NCBI GenBank assembly: GCA_964016885.1
Contig: OZ024740.1
Location: forward strand, 369,582,001-369,646,000
From: Eledone cirrhosa
Taxonomy: Eukaryota
DNA: 64,000 nt
Direction of reading: 5' to 3'
Shown here: positions 29,170 to 44,025 of the stretch, one piece after another
How positions within the stretch are numbered: position 1 is the stretch's first letter
Layout of the letters: every line of letters starts with the position of its first letter
The notes under the pieces: model-generated
The model's input: the letters and a program-made list of their open reading frames with translations, nothing else
The model's database searches: none
Told to the model about the DNA's origin: nothing
Translations under genes and position numbers: made by a program

Positions 29170-29745
29170 ATATGTAACCTATGTGCAACCACTCAGTATT
29201 CTTCTTTCTTATGTTTGTTTATATATATTAACCTCGGCTGCGTTTGTCTGTTTCTCTCTTACTGCTTCCCCGTTCTCTCTGTTTCTCTCACCTTCTTTCG
29301 CCCCCTCTTTCAGTTACACTTTCTCTCGACTGACCGCTTCCTCGCACTTTCACTCACTCTCTGTTTCTCCCCTTCTCACTTCCTCCCGTTTGGCTAACAG
29401 TGGGTCTCTTCTTGCTTACATCCCACTCACGCTGGACGTATCTGTACATTTCGCTCATGAAATCCACCCAGCTTATGCTGACCAGCACTACCATGTTGCT
29501 TGTTTATTTCCTTTCTTTGGTTTGCTTTTATCCTTCTATGTTGTTCACTTGTCCCCCTCGCTTTACGCGATTTGCTGGTCCCAATAACATTTTTTAGTTA
29601 CTGCTCGCACCAACCTGAGGTATCTGATTTTAATGCGATGAAATACCAATGATGGTTGGAAAATCACTGACGAAGGACTATTTTTATCATATGTAACCTA
29701 CGTGCAACCACGCAGTATTCTTCTTTCTTACGTTTTTTTTTATAT
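29170..29745 (+). mobile_element. Non-coding ~520-bp unit with ~55-bp terminal direct repeat and degenerate HHR, inside (TA)n (PLE pLTR-like)
   Basis: atatgtaacct(a/c)...gtattcttctttctta at 29170 and 29690; ccaac-CTGAGGT-atc..gat-GAAA...gttgg at 29610-29659. Confidence 0.55.
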
Positions 29746-29783
29746 AAATATATATATACATACATACATACACCGACACACAC

Positions 29784-29939
<156 letters not shown>

Positions 29940-29961
29940 TTATATGCATATATATATACAG

Positions 29962-30500
<539 letters not shown>

Positions 30501-30545
30501 ATATATATATATATATATTTATATATTTATATTTGTATATATATA

Positions 30546-30842
<297 letters not shown>

Positions 30843-30850
30843 ATATATAT

Positions 30851-30902
<52 letters not shown>

Positions 30903-31377
30903 TTGTGTTTGTGCGTGTGGATGCGCGTGTGTGCATTGTTTTTCTTTTTTCTCCCTCACTCTTTCTCTGAATTGTAAATGTATATAGTTTAGTTCCACAT
31001 CTCAAATAGACAATAATTATAAATACCAAAGCAATATACATCTCCAAACCTCTTACGCATAAACAGAATACAACAAAATCCTTCTAAACCACAAATGTAT
31101 TGGGTCACACAACCCCTGGTGATAACGTGTAGTGAATGTAACATACTTAAAATTTCCAAAACCATACATAAACCGTTAATAAATGTCTGCGACTGACCCA
31201 GGTTCTGCTTCACGTCGGGCTGCGGGGGCAAAACTCCTCAAATACCGGTCGCTCTCCGACATGTTTGCGGTCGTACCCCTGGCAGTGGAGACTTATACTC
31301 TACAATAACTATTAGAAATAAACATAAAGTTACCACATTTTAATATAACTACTATAGATTACTTATATTATATACGA

Positions 31378-31896
31378 TAATTGTTTCTACTATTAGCACA
31401 AGGCCAGAAATTACCCAGTACATTACTGGTACATTATTTGATCGACCCCGTAAGGATGAAAGGCAAAGTTAACCTCGGCGGGATTTGAACTCAGAATGGC
31501 AAAGGCCGTAACTCTATGCGTCAAAGCATGGCGTCCGACCCTCTACCGATACTGCCAATATACGATAATTGTTTCTACGTTTGGCACAAGGCCAGCAATT
31601 ACCCAGTGGTACTTTATTTTATCGACCACGTAAGGATGAAAGTCAAAGTTAACCTCGGCGGGATTTGAACGATAATGGATATATAATATGTAGAGATATT
31701 TAATGTATTATGTGATAACAAATTATATATACGTTTATAATTAAATATATAACTTAATAGCATTGTATATAAGGGATTAACTTTTAACATAATATAATTG
31801 TTTCTACATTTGGCACAAGGCCAGCAATTATCCAGTGCATTACTAGTACTTTATTTTATCGACCCCGTAAGGATGAAAGGCAAAGTTAACCTCGGC
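31378..31896 (-). mobile_element. Cluster of three SINE copies (31378-31558, 31566-31670, 31796-31896)
   Basis: Repeated gtttctac..ggcacaaggccag..atcgacc..aggatgaaag. Confidence 0.9.
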
Positions 31897-32149
31897 AATT
31901 TATATTAATAGCACAAGAGTTTTAACTAATTGGACCTGTAAACAGCTATACATTTTTCCATAACTTATATCTTGTCCAGTAATGGGTAGATAACAATGTA
32001 ATTAGACCTTTAATGTATTATAGGAAAATAGACTGTATTTAAAATTAATTATAAATAAATAACATTATATAGAAGGGATTCACTTGTAACACAATATAAT
32101 GTATATTAGAGCAAAGAATTTAAATAATTGATACCTTCCTATATAATTT

Positions 32150-32949
32150 AATTTAATTTAATCAGCTAGTTACCTCCCCTTCCGCATTAGCTCCTCTTAA
32201 TTTTCCATCTGATACCTACTTCCGGAAATTAAACTGTTAGAAAATCTCGCTGTAGAACAACTCTAATCCATTGATAAGAATACAATAAGACCAATTCACA
32301 ATCCATTGCTATAACTAACTAAAAACATTCAATATAAATATTAACTAAAATATAATTTAACATATGTAATGGAAAAGATAACAATGACTTTAGATACTGT
32401 CAACACATACACATTTGAAGACTACAGAAACAATCATCACATTACATCCACCATAATTTTAATACACTAACGCCTTTCCTTGATATGCTTGTATACCTGT
32501 GTTATTTTATGTGATACCTTTGCAATACAGTATTTATTTATGCCTAATACCTTTGCTTGTTTCCTTAATATATATGACTAACGCATGTGTACTCTCTACA
32601 CGCTTGCATATGTACTGATAGTGTCCTCATTCTTCCTCAATGCTTCTTTAATTATTAGACTATTCCCTTGTATTATCTGTTGCATGTATTCCACTCTGTG
32701 CTTTCAATTTTAATTTGAATTATTGTACAATTCTCCTATAATATATTTCGCATCCATTCCACCCTGTAAATACGAAACTGTTGTTCACAACATCAATATA
32801 TATGTATCTATATAATTCTTCAGTTGAATAGGAGTTAAATTATATGTACAAACATTGCTAATGCTCTGATGACATCAAACGAATGTTTGGAAGAAATGAT
32901 TGTCAGCAATAAAATGACTTGAACATAACTTTGATAATTGTGTAATTTA

Positions 32950-32950
<1 letters not shown>
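32150..32950 (+). mobile_element. Probable PLE 3' end/pLTR remnant
   Basis: Ends in an HHR and then (TA)n; no clear ORF. Confidence 0.45.
32862..32908 (+). ncRNA. Type I hammerhead ribozyme (family D)
   Basis: tgct-CTGATGA-catcaaac gaat gtttggaa-GAAA-tgattG-TC-agca; base of stem II imperfect. Confidence 0.7.
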
Positions 32951-33028
<78 letters not shown>

Positions 33029-33029
33029 T

Positions 33030-33398
<369 letters not shown>

Positions 33399-33553
33399 TG
33401 AGGTTATATTTAATTTGTTGGGATTCAACAAGCTTAAACATTTTTGTAACTGTTATAAAGCACTCAACAAGTTAGTTGACTATCCAGGAAGCTCCAACCG
33501 TTAAGGTTATCTTTTTTCCGGGTATGTCAATATTTATTTATAAAACAAATCTG

Positions 33554-33619
33554 TATTTTATTTGATGAAAGCGCACCATAATTTGCCTTGGTCGCTCTTG
33601 AAATATATATAATAAAATA
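33554..33619 (+). ncRNA. Type I hammerhead (family F, C3U copy) in a solo pLTR-like segment at 33395-33660
   Basis: tattttat-TTGATGA-aag..ctt-GAAA-tatata-TA-ataaaata. Confidence 0.65.
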
Positions 33620-35373
33620 AATATGTTTTTTTAAATATAGTTTCCATTTATTAATATATTGTATATATATATATATATATATATACATATATGTACATAA
33701 AAGATGTAAAATATGTAATATGTAATACATTTGAAGAAAGATTCGTTGAGTAGATTTTATTTGCAAAGACAGCCGGTATGAGCCCAGTGTAGAGAGCAGG
33801 AAGATGGTTGGATAACATAAATGAGCTCAGTTGTTTGCAGGCGGTTGGTTCTGATAAGACACTCTGTGATATATGTCGAAGAACCTTGCCTTCACGATGC
33901 TTACAAATATAGATGTGTGAATAATAATGAAAAGAAATAGAGAAATATTTCTTGAGTAGAATAATATTCCGAGCTTCATTAAAATTTCTTTCCCAAAGAT
34001 ATCCTAGAAACAGTACTGCTAGTCAAGTTCTATCCGGAAGTTTTATATCCCAAATCAATTCAATTTGAAACCATTCTATCACCTTCTCTGAAATTAAAAG
34101 TTATAACATTTATCGTGGTAACTGCACCTCCAGCAGCAGCAACAAAAAGAACGACATATGTAATAAAAATAACTCCTTCGACTTATCAGTTAACAACCGT
34201 TCCAACAGAGGAAACAATTCGTCCAATACTACAAAATAATAGAACCCTAAACAGATAATAAAAAATGAGTTTAATGGAAAATATCTGTAATAAAACTTAG
34301 TATGAATATGTAAAAATGTACATCCTTCGACATAAACGAATTTTTATACATTCTAGCTGTAAGTGGCCTTAATGCATCTTTAACCTCTTTCAAAATATCT
34401 ATGCTTATTTCATATTCTGAAGAAATAAGTAATATGATAAATACACGATATATTCCCATAGATTATAAATATAGCATCCGCTATTGAATTAACAAGCTGT
34501 AAAATACACGAGAGGAAGTAAAACCAGGAAAAGTTATTCGTTGCGAATTTATTTATCTTCATTTTCTGTCCAGACACTAGGACTGTACACTTTATACATC
34601 CAAACAATAAAATACAGAAATATAGCTAACTCAATGCAGCTGATATTTCATGTCTTTTTATGCATTATGAAAACATAACACATACATCTAACTAGATATA
34701 TATCAATTGTTTACGCTACAATATGGACAGGTAATAAATTAGTTTGGGGACTTTACTTTAATTCAATGAATGGAGAGACACGCCGGTATATTCATAAGTG
34801 GCTGAAAACATATTTCTCGATGACAACAAACTAAGGTGTCACATTCAGGTGGCACATATCTGTGTATACCAAGAGAAATCATGACACGTCTTTCCGTTGA
34901 TCGAAGATTATGGCAATGCATCCAATTTTACGCAATAATTTGATCTTAAGAACTATATCCCGATTTTATTCGATTAATGAGTGCAAGTTTTAAAAATTGT
35001 TATAAATAATGACAGGCGCAGCCTGGTTGAACTGTAGGCGGATGGTCTTAGTTGTATTGCAAAAGAAGGACAGACAAAGATCAAAAGGGAAAGTAGGAGA
35101 GCTGTTGGACGCAGAACATGTGTGGTCGGGTATGTATGTATTTATGTATGTACTGCATCTCAAAAAGGGAGACTTTTTTTTTTATTTTATACAATTACAA
35201 TTTTCACCGAAACGAACTGTGTTGCATCAAATAATATTTGTTATATTAAAGAAAAAGTATTTAGAATATGTGAACGGATTAACTATTATGTATAATCGGC
35301 TCTTTCAGTAAAAAAAGAATTCATATGCAAACATAGAAATAGAGAATTTCAGCATTATATTCGTACCCCGCCA

Positions 35374-35427
<54 letters not shown>

Positions 35428-35660
35428 GTATATATATATAGATATATATATATATAAGTATGTACACGTACATACATATATGTATACAGACGTACAGTAG
35501 TATGTATATATATATACATACATGCACACATATATATATGTACGTATGGATTCACCGAATATTTATTATAATGCTCGGTGTGTTTGTAAACAAACATCAG
35601 GTATTGAGCCGTAGTGGCTAGCAACCATCATTGCTCGTTTGTTCAACACTGACAAAAGAA

Positions 35661-35701
35661 CGCTGTACTAATTTCAAGCTTATTAGCTATCGTCAGCAAG
35701 G
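35661..35701 (-). ncRNA. Minimal type I hammerhead ribozyme (family G, copy 1)
   Basis: ttg-CTGACGA-t-agct aata agct-t-GAAA-ttag-TA-cag. Confidence 0.75.
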
Positions 35702-36065
35702 TATACCTTCCTGCCAGATTGTTGAACGTATATACTTACCTTATGCATATTAACGGCTGAGTAGCCCAATTTGCATATCGAGTGGGTTAATCGGCCGGGT
35801 GCACCGAATGCGATAAACGGAAAAAATGAAACGAAATATCATTTCCCACACTTAGTACGGCTGTTACTTAAATATAAGTATGTACACGTATATACATATA
35901 TGTATATAGACGTGCAGTAGTATGTATATATATATACACATACATGCACACGCATATATATATATATGTACTATAATGCTCGGTGTGTTTGTAAACAAAC
36001 ATCCCGTATTAAGCCGTAGTGTCTAGCAACCATCGTTGCTTGTTTGTTCAACACTGACAAAGGAA

Positions 36066-36106
36066 CGCTGTACTAGTTTCAAGCTTATTAGCTATCGTCA
36101 GCAACG
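36066..36106 (-). ncRNA. Minimal type I hammerhead ribozyme (family G, copy 2)
   Basis: cgttg-CTGACGA-t-agct aata agct-t-GAAA-ctag (palindromic loop)-TA-cagcg. Confidence 0.82.
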
Positions 36107-36242
36107 TATACCTTCCTGCCAGAATGTTGATCGTTTTCGGTGCACCCGGCCGATTAACCCACTCGATATGCAAATTGGGCTACTCAGCCGTTAATATGCA
36201 TATGGTAAGTATATACGTTCAACAATCTGGCAGGAAGGTACA

Positions 36243-36283
36243 TGTTGCTGACGATAGGTAATAAGCTTGAAACTAATACAGCG
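36243..36283 (+). ncRNA. Minimal type I hammerhead ribozyme (family G, inverted copy 3)
   Basis: tgttg-CTGACGA-t-aggt aata agct-t-GAAA-ctaa-TA-cagcg. Confidence 0.7.
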
Positions 36284-36400
36284 TTCCTTTGTCAGTGTTG
36301 AACAAACGAGCAACGATGGTTGCTAGATACTACGGCTTCATACGGGAAGTTTGTTTACAAACACCCCGAGCATTATAATAAATGTTCGGTGAATCCATAC

Positions 36401-36443
<43 letters not shown>

Positions 36444-36569
36444 CATGTATGTATATATATATACATACTACTGTAAGTCTGTATATATATATGTATGTAC
36501 GTGTACATACTTATATTTAAGTAACAGCCGTACTGAGAGTGGGAAGTGAAATTTCGTTTCATTTTTTCC

Positions 36570-36616
<47 letters not shown>

Positions 36617-39368
36617 ACAAAGGAATTGTGTTAAGGAACCAGATGGACTATAAAGCACCAGATTACTCAATACTTAGGGTAGTAGAGTGAGAAATAGGAA
36701 GAAGTATGAACCCGATGGCAATCTCAAGCCGTTTCGACGGCTATTTCTGGACTAAATTAGAATGTTTAGCCTGGTGAATAAACAGCCGAACTTGTCAAGG
36801 AGGTACCTCCTAATATGGGAAGATTGTAGTTGACAAGAGGATTGGTTAACATGTGTTGTAAACACAAAAATGTCTATCATGGCATTTGATAGGAGGTAGA
36901 GGCGGCTGAACTTGCCTGTAGAACAATAGGAGTGTGAGTGGAGCGTTCAAGCGTTGAAAGTAATATGTATACACCATAACCTAAGGATAGTGTATGAAGT
37001 GGAGGAGGGAGGTTATAGAATAGGTAAATCGAATGAGAGTAGGAGACAATAAAAGCTACTAGAAAGAAATAGAAAAAATATATAAAATTAGATAGTGAGA
37101 CATGAATAAAAAAAATCACAATGCTATCTTACAATTACAGGTTAATAAGTTGAGAATAGAAAACACTTGTAGAAATTACAAAACTGATACAAAATTAAAG
37201 GGGGTTAACACATCTGCTATAATTAGAGGAAAAGAAAATGTGTTTCGGAAAAGTCCAAGGCCGTAAGGAGCGGTAAGGTAATAATAGAATCATAGTAACT
37301 CTATATGTCAAACTGGATAAATTTAGTGTCTCGTTTGTCCTCCATATTCCTGAAACATGAGATTACTTCCTGGGCGCTGACCCATAGGCTAAGTCTCACG
37401 TTTTGCTTAACTTTTGGTATAAATCGGTCTAGGATATTTTTACTGATTCTCCCTATATCCGACCTCATTGGGTTTATATGCCTAATGGATGGTTTGCGGT
37501 CGAAGTCGGATTTGTGGTCCTTCAGTGTGAAGTAGGAGTCCGTGGGTCTAGGGGTTCAGTGCTGTCGGCGACCCCGAGGCTGGAGGTAATTTGTTGTCCA
37601 TCTCGCTTTATGTCCTCGATAATTGAATGGTTAGCCTTCTTATAGGTGGGCTTAGGCTGCTCCTGATCAGTGTGTGGTATCTGTCAGGGTTGACGAAGTA
37701 GAGGTTTCCAGTTTTGTCCGAGTGCACCATAATGTCGTTGTTGTTTACATACTCTGTTATTATTTTATGGAGTTGTTGTAGGAATCTGTTGTGTCTGGGT
37801 TTGAATTTAATGCCCTTGACCAGGTAGGAAAGGACGTTCTCGAAGGGTTAGAGCATAGGGTTCGAAGGGGTAGATTTGTATGTATTGAATCCGAATCTCT
37901 CCTTGGTGTCGAAGTCCTGATTGTCGCGGTATCTATTGTAGATTAAAGTTCTTTATCTTAGTCTTTTAGCAAAAAGGTCGATTTGTTGCGTGAGCATCCG
38001 AAGGTAAAGTTTTCTCGGTGGAACTGGGATGTTCTTTGGTGGAGAAGTCGATGTTGTGTTTTCGCATCGTGCGGGTGAAAAAACTTGAGCTGGGGGGAAA
38101 AGTCGGGATATAGCGTGGTAGAGTCTGAAAGTGCTCTACTACAGAGATAGGAGCGAAATAACAAAGGCATTTTGGTAAGAAAACAGATGTACCATAATGC
38201 ACCAGAGTACTAAATACTTAGGGTAGTAGAGTGAGAAATAGGTAAAGGTATGACCCCGACGGCAGAGCTCAAGCCGTTTCGACGGCTATTTCGGGAGTAA
38301 ATTAGAATTTTTAGCCTGGTGAATAAATAGCCGAACTTGTCAAGGGGGTACTTCCTTATATAGGAAGATTGTAGTTGTCAAGAGGATTGGTTAAAATGTG
38401 TTGTAAGCACAAATAAGTCTACAATGGCATTTGGTGGGAGGTGGGGTGTCTGAAATTGCCTGTAGAAAAATAGGGGAGTGAGTGGAGCGGTCAAGCGTTG
38501 AAAGTAATATGTAAAAAGCATAATCTAAGGATAGTGTATTAATTTGAGGAGGGAGGTAATGGAAAAGGTAAATCGAAAGATACTAGAAAGAAATAAAAAA
38601 AATATATAGAATTAGATAGTGAGAAATGAATAAAAAAATCATTATGCTATCTTACAATTACAGGTTAATAAGTTGAGAATAGAAAAAACTTGTAGAAATT
38701 ACAAAACTGATACAAAATTAAAGGGGTTTAACACATCTGCTATAAGTAGTTAGTGAAACGTATTCGGCCAATTCTATCTTAAAATTACAGGGATGGGGGA
38801 ACTGATGCTACAGAGGCCCGATGGGCTGCATCAGGCTGGGCGAAATGGGAAACGCAGACGAGGAAGAAAATAGGGGGTGGAAGGAAGTGATAGGATGAGA
38901 CTGGGGGAAGAAGAAGACAAAGAGGAAAAGAAAAGAGATGCAACTACCTATGTAAGATGGGATTTCCACTAACTTATTCGGCAATTGGGGGGAGGGGTGG
39001 GGTGGTATCAGCCCTTGTCTACCCACCCGGGGCGATATGGGATTTGAGGGCGGATAAGTTCTACGCGATCTGTGTTTGCATGCGGTTACCAGTTCGTCTT
39101 TCTTGTTTAGGAGTTGGTCCTTCAAAAACAGCATTTGTAATGTTTCTTCCGAGCATAAGTTACACGGACAGCGTCCTCCCGTGTAGGAGTTAGCTCTGGA
39201 CAGTAAGCTCCAAGACTCCCACCAAATGCCATGATTGACTTATTTGAGTTTACAACACATTTAAAAAAATCCCCTTGACATGTTCGGCTATTTATTCACC
39301 TGGGTAATTTAGTCCAGAAATAGCCGCCGAAACGGCTTGAGCTCTGCCGTCAGGGTCATACTTTTCCC

Positions 39369-39370
<2 letters not shown>
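36617..39370 (-). mobile_element. Penelope-like element (tentatively Naiad-type), internally deleted: pLTR 36617-37225, ORF N-terminus 37260-38070, pLTR 38160-38745, GIY-YIG C-terminus ~39050-39190, inverted partial pLTR 39213-39370
   Basis: ~600-bp direct repeats plus an inverted copy; IDFSTK.IP.., FGFNT, LINPMRSDIGRISK, LLNKKDELVTACKHR motifs. Confidence 0.85.
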
Positions 39371-39422
<52 letters not shown>

Positions 39423-39453
39423 GAGGATCGGCTGAAAGTTTTATGTGTATATA

Positions 39454-40353
39454 CTAGTAGAGGTACCCGGCGTTGCTCCGGTATTGAATAGCAGTTATGT
39501 ATACCATTTATGTCAATACTTCAGTGCTGCTTCGAAAACTATACTTTTACAAAATCACCGGTTTTTTCCAAAAGGGGGTTACTGCCCCCAGGGCGTCTCC
39601 TACTCGATATGTGCCAATTCTGAGCGTGCACATTCATCTGTATGTAGAACAAACGTAACCCATGTGTCATGTCTTGTGAAAATCGGTTGCGAACTCCAGA
39701 AGTTATGACGTTTTGTTGCATTGCACTGCAATGCTTCAGTCGACTCCAATCAAGCGGTTAAAGGGGGTTGTTTGCCGGGAGGCCCTAGAATCATATATCT
39801 GGAAAAATAAAAGTTCCCATGACCATCGGGAGTACATAAATAACCTATGTCTTAAGTTTGGTGAAAATACTGTAGAAATGCATGATGTTTACAGACACAC
39901 GCGCGCTCGCGGGCGCGTATGTGTGTGTTTGTGTGTGTGTATGTATTTGTGTGTGCGTATGTATATGTATGTGTATGTTCGTCGGCGCATACGTATGTAT
40001 TGACCTAAATCTTCACTATTTACTTTTACTATTTTAATAACATCAGTCATTTTCGTTTACAATTTATTTTTACATCATTCTTAAACTTTGGGGCTGGAAA
40101 TCATTCGCTTATTTTAAATAGAACATTAGTCTAACGACTCAATTTATACCATAAACATGGTCTTGTCTTTGCATGAAATTGTTCTTCTCGGTCCACATAA
40201 CGACGTAATATCCTGGCTAATACCCCTTTAACAACAGAAAATTGAAAAATAAAAGCTGCAGTTAGTATCTTTAGACCGCCAGGAATATATAAATGCAAGT
40301 TTGAAGTCAATCGGAGTAGGAATGTGGATTTGTATAGACTTTGCAAACATGAA

Positions 40354-40391
<38 letters not shown>

Positions 40392-40411
40392 ACAAGAGTT
40401 TTATATATAGA
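39454..40411 (-). mobile_element. Non-autonomous Helitron
   Basis: Minus strand: 5' TCTATATATAAAA; 3' hairpin ccggagcaacgccgg followed by CTAG then T. Confidence 0.7.
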
Positions 40412-41648
40412 CATATGTATAAGAAATTTGCGAAAATAGATGACTTTGTTAGAATTTGAACATACTGGAATACTCTCGAGTGCTTTGAACGTACATTTTA
40501 ACTTGCTTCACTAAAATGTTGCTCCTTAGTGTATGCGAGTTTATCAAATTGTTTAATTTCTCAGTAAAATAAAAATTACTAATCCAAAATCGTACTTGCT
40601 CACGAAGAATCATTTACGAACACACATGTTAGATAAGATCGCATTCCATATACTTGGAACGATACAGAATATATACATTAAAAAATATATTTTACAAAGC
40701 TTCAATTACAAATATGCTTGAGAGTTGATAATATTTTCAACAATATACCCTCCTTTTCACTTTGTTTCTTTGGTCGTAATCTCCAATAATTGAAAACTTG
40801 GTCATTACTTATTTCTTTAGTTGTCTTTTTTATTTAAGATTATTAAACCCTAACCTAATATGATTGTGTATTCTGGTAAACAGCTACGAATACATGCATA
40901 GTTGTTTAAATATTTCTTTTCATATGAGAGATTTTGTGTGCGATAACGTATTATATTTGCGTCTTGTGTATTATCTGAAATGTTTCTCCTTGAAGACTTG
41001 AATCTTTAAATTTCTTTTCATTCCTAAAGCATCTATATTATCATTTTACACATGTTTCATGATGTCTAATTCTACCTAACAAGTGGAAATTGTGACAATA
41101 ACATAACTAAAAAATTCTCATTATGCTAAAGGAAATAAAGGACATTCGATTCTGTGTTCGATACGTCTTGTTCTCTATAGTATTTGTCTTTAATTGAATG
41201 ATGTAAAACACTTAACATTAAATGTAATTTAAAATGTCATGTAATTAAATCTTTCCAAAATTATACGTAGGTCTAAATGGATCAACATTGCCCCAAGGAA
41301 TGTACATATATCATTAACTGCATTTTAAATGATGACTTCTTAAGTCAGTCATTGAAGAGTTGAATAAATAGCAACAAGAAAAAAATGAACATTTCATTAC
41401 GAAGTTATATTGGAAAGTTAGTGTTTTCGTAGATAGTACATAGAGCGTTAGTCAATGTATTATTACATTTAATTTCTCTATCGCCGTTCATATCCTATCG
41501 GTATCAAAATTACGATTCGCACCTTCAACATTTAGCTAAATATCTCTAATATACTCGAAGGAAAGCAATTTTGTATATTTGATAAAATATACACTCTTGA
41601 AATGATAGTCAAACTATAATTTAATTCAGTCGTCATTATTGTAAAAAT

Positions 41649-41841
41649 AAGGGCGGTGGATTGGCACTATCGGTAGAGGGTTGGACGCCATGCTTTGGCG
41701 CATATAGTTACGGCTCTTGCCATTCTGAGTTCAAATCCCGCCGAGGTTAACTTTGCCTTTCATCTTTATGGGGTCGATAAAATAAAGTACCAGTAATACA
41801 CTGATATTGCTGGCGTTGTGCCAAACGTAGAAAGAATTATT
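41649..41841 (+). mobile_element. tRNA-derived SINE with TSD
   Basis: Flanked by attattgtaaaaataag. Confidence 0.9.
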
Positions 41842-41999
41842 GTAAAAATAAGTAAGTTTCGATCGAATAAAAAAATATAATCACAATTGTACATCAGTTA
41901 TATCATTTATGTATATGCTTTGCGGGAAAGTCATATTCACATTTAATAAATTATTAGATTATTAAATTATGGTTTCTCTCTCTCCCCTCCCCCATATCG

Positions 42000-42079
<80 letters not shown>

Positions 42080-42256
42080 ATAAGGTGATTAATATTTTAG
42101 AACAATAAAACTATGCATATATCAAATAAGTATCACTCAACAGTTGTTAGAACTGGAATATATATTATATAAGAAATTAAAAGATAGTTAAAAGTGTTAC
42201 ATAATTTTATTATGCGCATTTCGGAAACAACATTATCCTGAGACAGAAAATGTTCT

Positions 42257-42337
<81 letters not shown>

Positions 42338-42497
42338 CATATATATAGATAGATATATATTATTTTTTTATTTTTTATATTTATTTGTATTTGTACCCCT
42401 TCCACCGTTTTTCCTCCCTTTCCTTCCCCACCTTTTTCTAAATTTCTCTCTTCCACTCCGCTACACACCCTCGGAACTCTCTTCCCACACACATTTC

Positions 42498-42529
42498 GCC
42501 TGAAGAAGGGCTTATGCGCGAAACGTCGT
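42498..42529 (+). ncRNA. Ultra-minimal hammerhead motif (family I) in a solo pLTR-like segment at ~42360-42615
   Basis: gc-CTGAAGA-a-gggc ttat gcgc-GAAA-CG-TC-gt; one stem II mismatch and weak stem I. Confidence 0.55.
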
Positions 42530-42756
42530 TTCCCAACCCCCGCTCTCAAGAGCATGAAACTAATAAACCTTTGTTCGTAGTGGCTCTCTGTTTTGTTCCC
42601 GTTCCATTTTTCACTATATATATATAAAAATAAAAATTAAAATATCCAATACTAATATAAGTAAACAACTCCACTATCCTGGGGCTTCCAACAGTAATGG
42701 TTGCATTTTTTAAGGGTATGTCAATATTTATTTATTTATAAAACTGATCTATATTG

Positions 42757-42821
42757 TATTTTGTCTGATGAAAGCATACCATAATTTAACGTGGTGTCCT
42801 TGAAATGTGTATAATAAAATA
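42757..42821 (+). ncRNA. Type I hammerhead ribozyme (family F)
   Basis: tattttgt-CTGATGA-aag c ataccat..gtggtgt c ctt-GAAA-tgtgta-TA-ataaaata (8-bp stem I). Confidence 0.78.
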
Positions 42822-42860
42822 AATGTGGTTTTATAAATATAGTTTCCATTTGTTAATATC

Positions 42861-42914
<54 letters not shown>

Positions 42915-42915
42915 T

Positions 42916-43201
<286 letters not shown>

Positions 43202-43214
43202 ATATATATATATA

Positions 43215-43401
43215 ACTGTTTCTACTTTAGGCACAAGGCCACCAATTACCCAGTGCATTACTGGTACTTTATTTTATCGACCACGTAAGGATGACAGGCA
43301 AAGTCAACCTCGGCGGGATTTGAACTCAGATCGTAAAGGGACGTAACTATGCTGGAAATCATGGCGTCCGACCCTCTACCAATACTGCCAATCCACCGCC
43401 C
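43215..43401 (-). mobile_element. tRNA-derived SINE
   Basis: Match to the window consensus. Confidence 0.9.
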
Positions 43402-43705
43402 ACATATATATATATATATAATTATTGAGTAAAATGACAGGAGGCCGGATAGATGAAATTTATTCAAAGTTATATTTAGCAATCAATATGCGCATGTATG
43501 TGACCAGGTTACGTAAGATCGTGTTGGCATCACCCGTTGTATATTGCATAATAGTTATATAATAAAGACATAATGGTAAACACATTCCAAGTGACTATAA
43601 GGAGAGGAAGCAGAGAAAAAGTATTTTTGAAAGGAACTACCGACCAAATAATGTTTCGTACCAATGTGTTAAAGACATGAGTCAAATCAATTAGTGGTGA
43701 AGGTG

Positions 43706-43874
<169 letters not shown>

Positions 43875-43967
43875 CACATACATATATATATATATATGTA
43901 TATATGTATATATGTATGTGTGTGTGAGTGTATATATATATATATATATATACACTCACACACACAC

Positions 43968-44025
<58 letters not shown>

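Larger units (their letters stand above)
35452..36575. mobile_element. Non-coding HHR tandem array, family G: ~420-nt unit x~1.6 plus an inverted permuted monomer (retrozyme/pLTR-like)
   Basis: Unit starts tataagtatgtacacg at ~35453 and ~35873; inversion junction ~36135; three HHRs. Confidence 0.85.

Noticed and set aside
33765-33805. gccggtatgagcccagtgtagagag resembling a twister ribozyme
   Set aside because: Lacks the P1/UAA elements and pseudoknot complementarity
34070-34258. Short stop-free stretch (two open frames) that could be an exon
   Set aside because: Explained by T-poor composition; no recognisable protein or convincing splice sites
35016-35135. Possible exon between gacag and gtatgt
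   Set aside because: Weak acceptor and unrecognisable peptide
39420-39445. tacgaggatcggctgaaagtttt, mariner-TIR-like
   Set aside because: No partner TIR or transposase found
42203-42256. Minus-strand ctgtctca-gga..tcc-gaaa-tgcgca-ta
   Set aside because: 5' core too degenerate and seen only once; possible dead HHR, not counted
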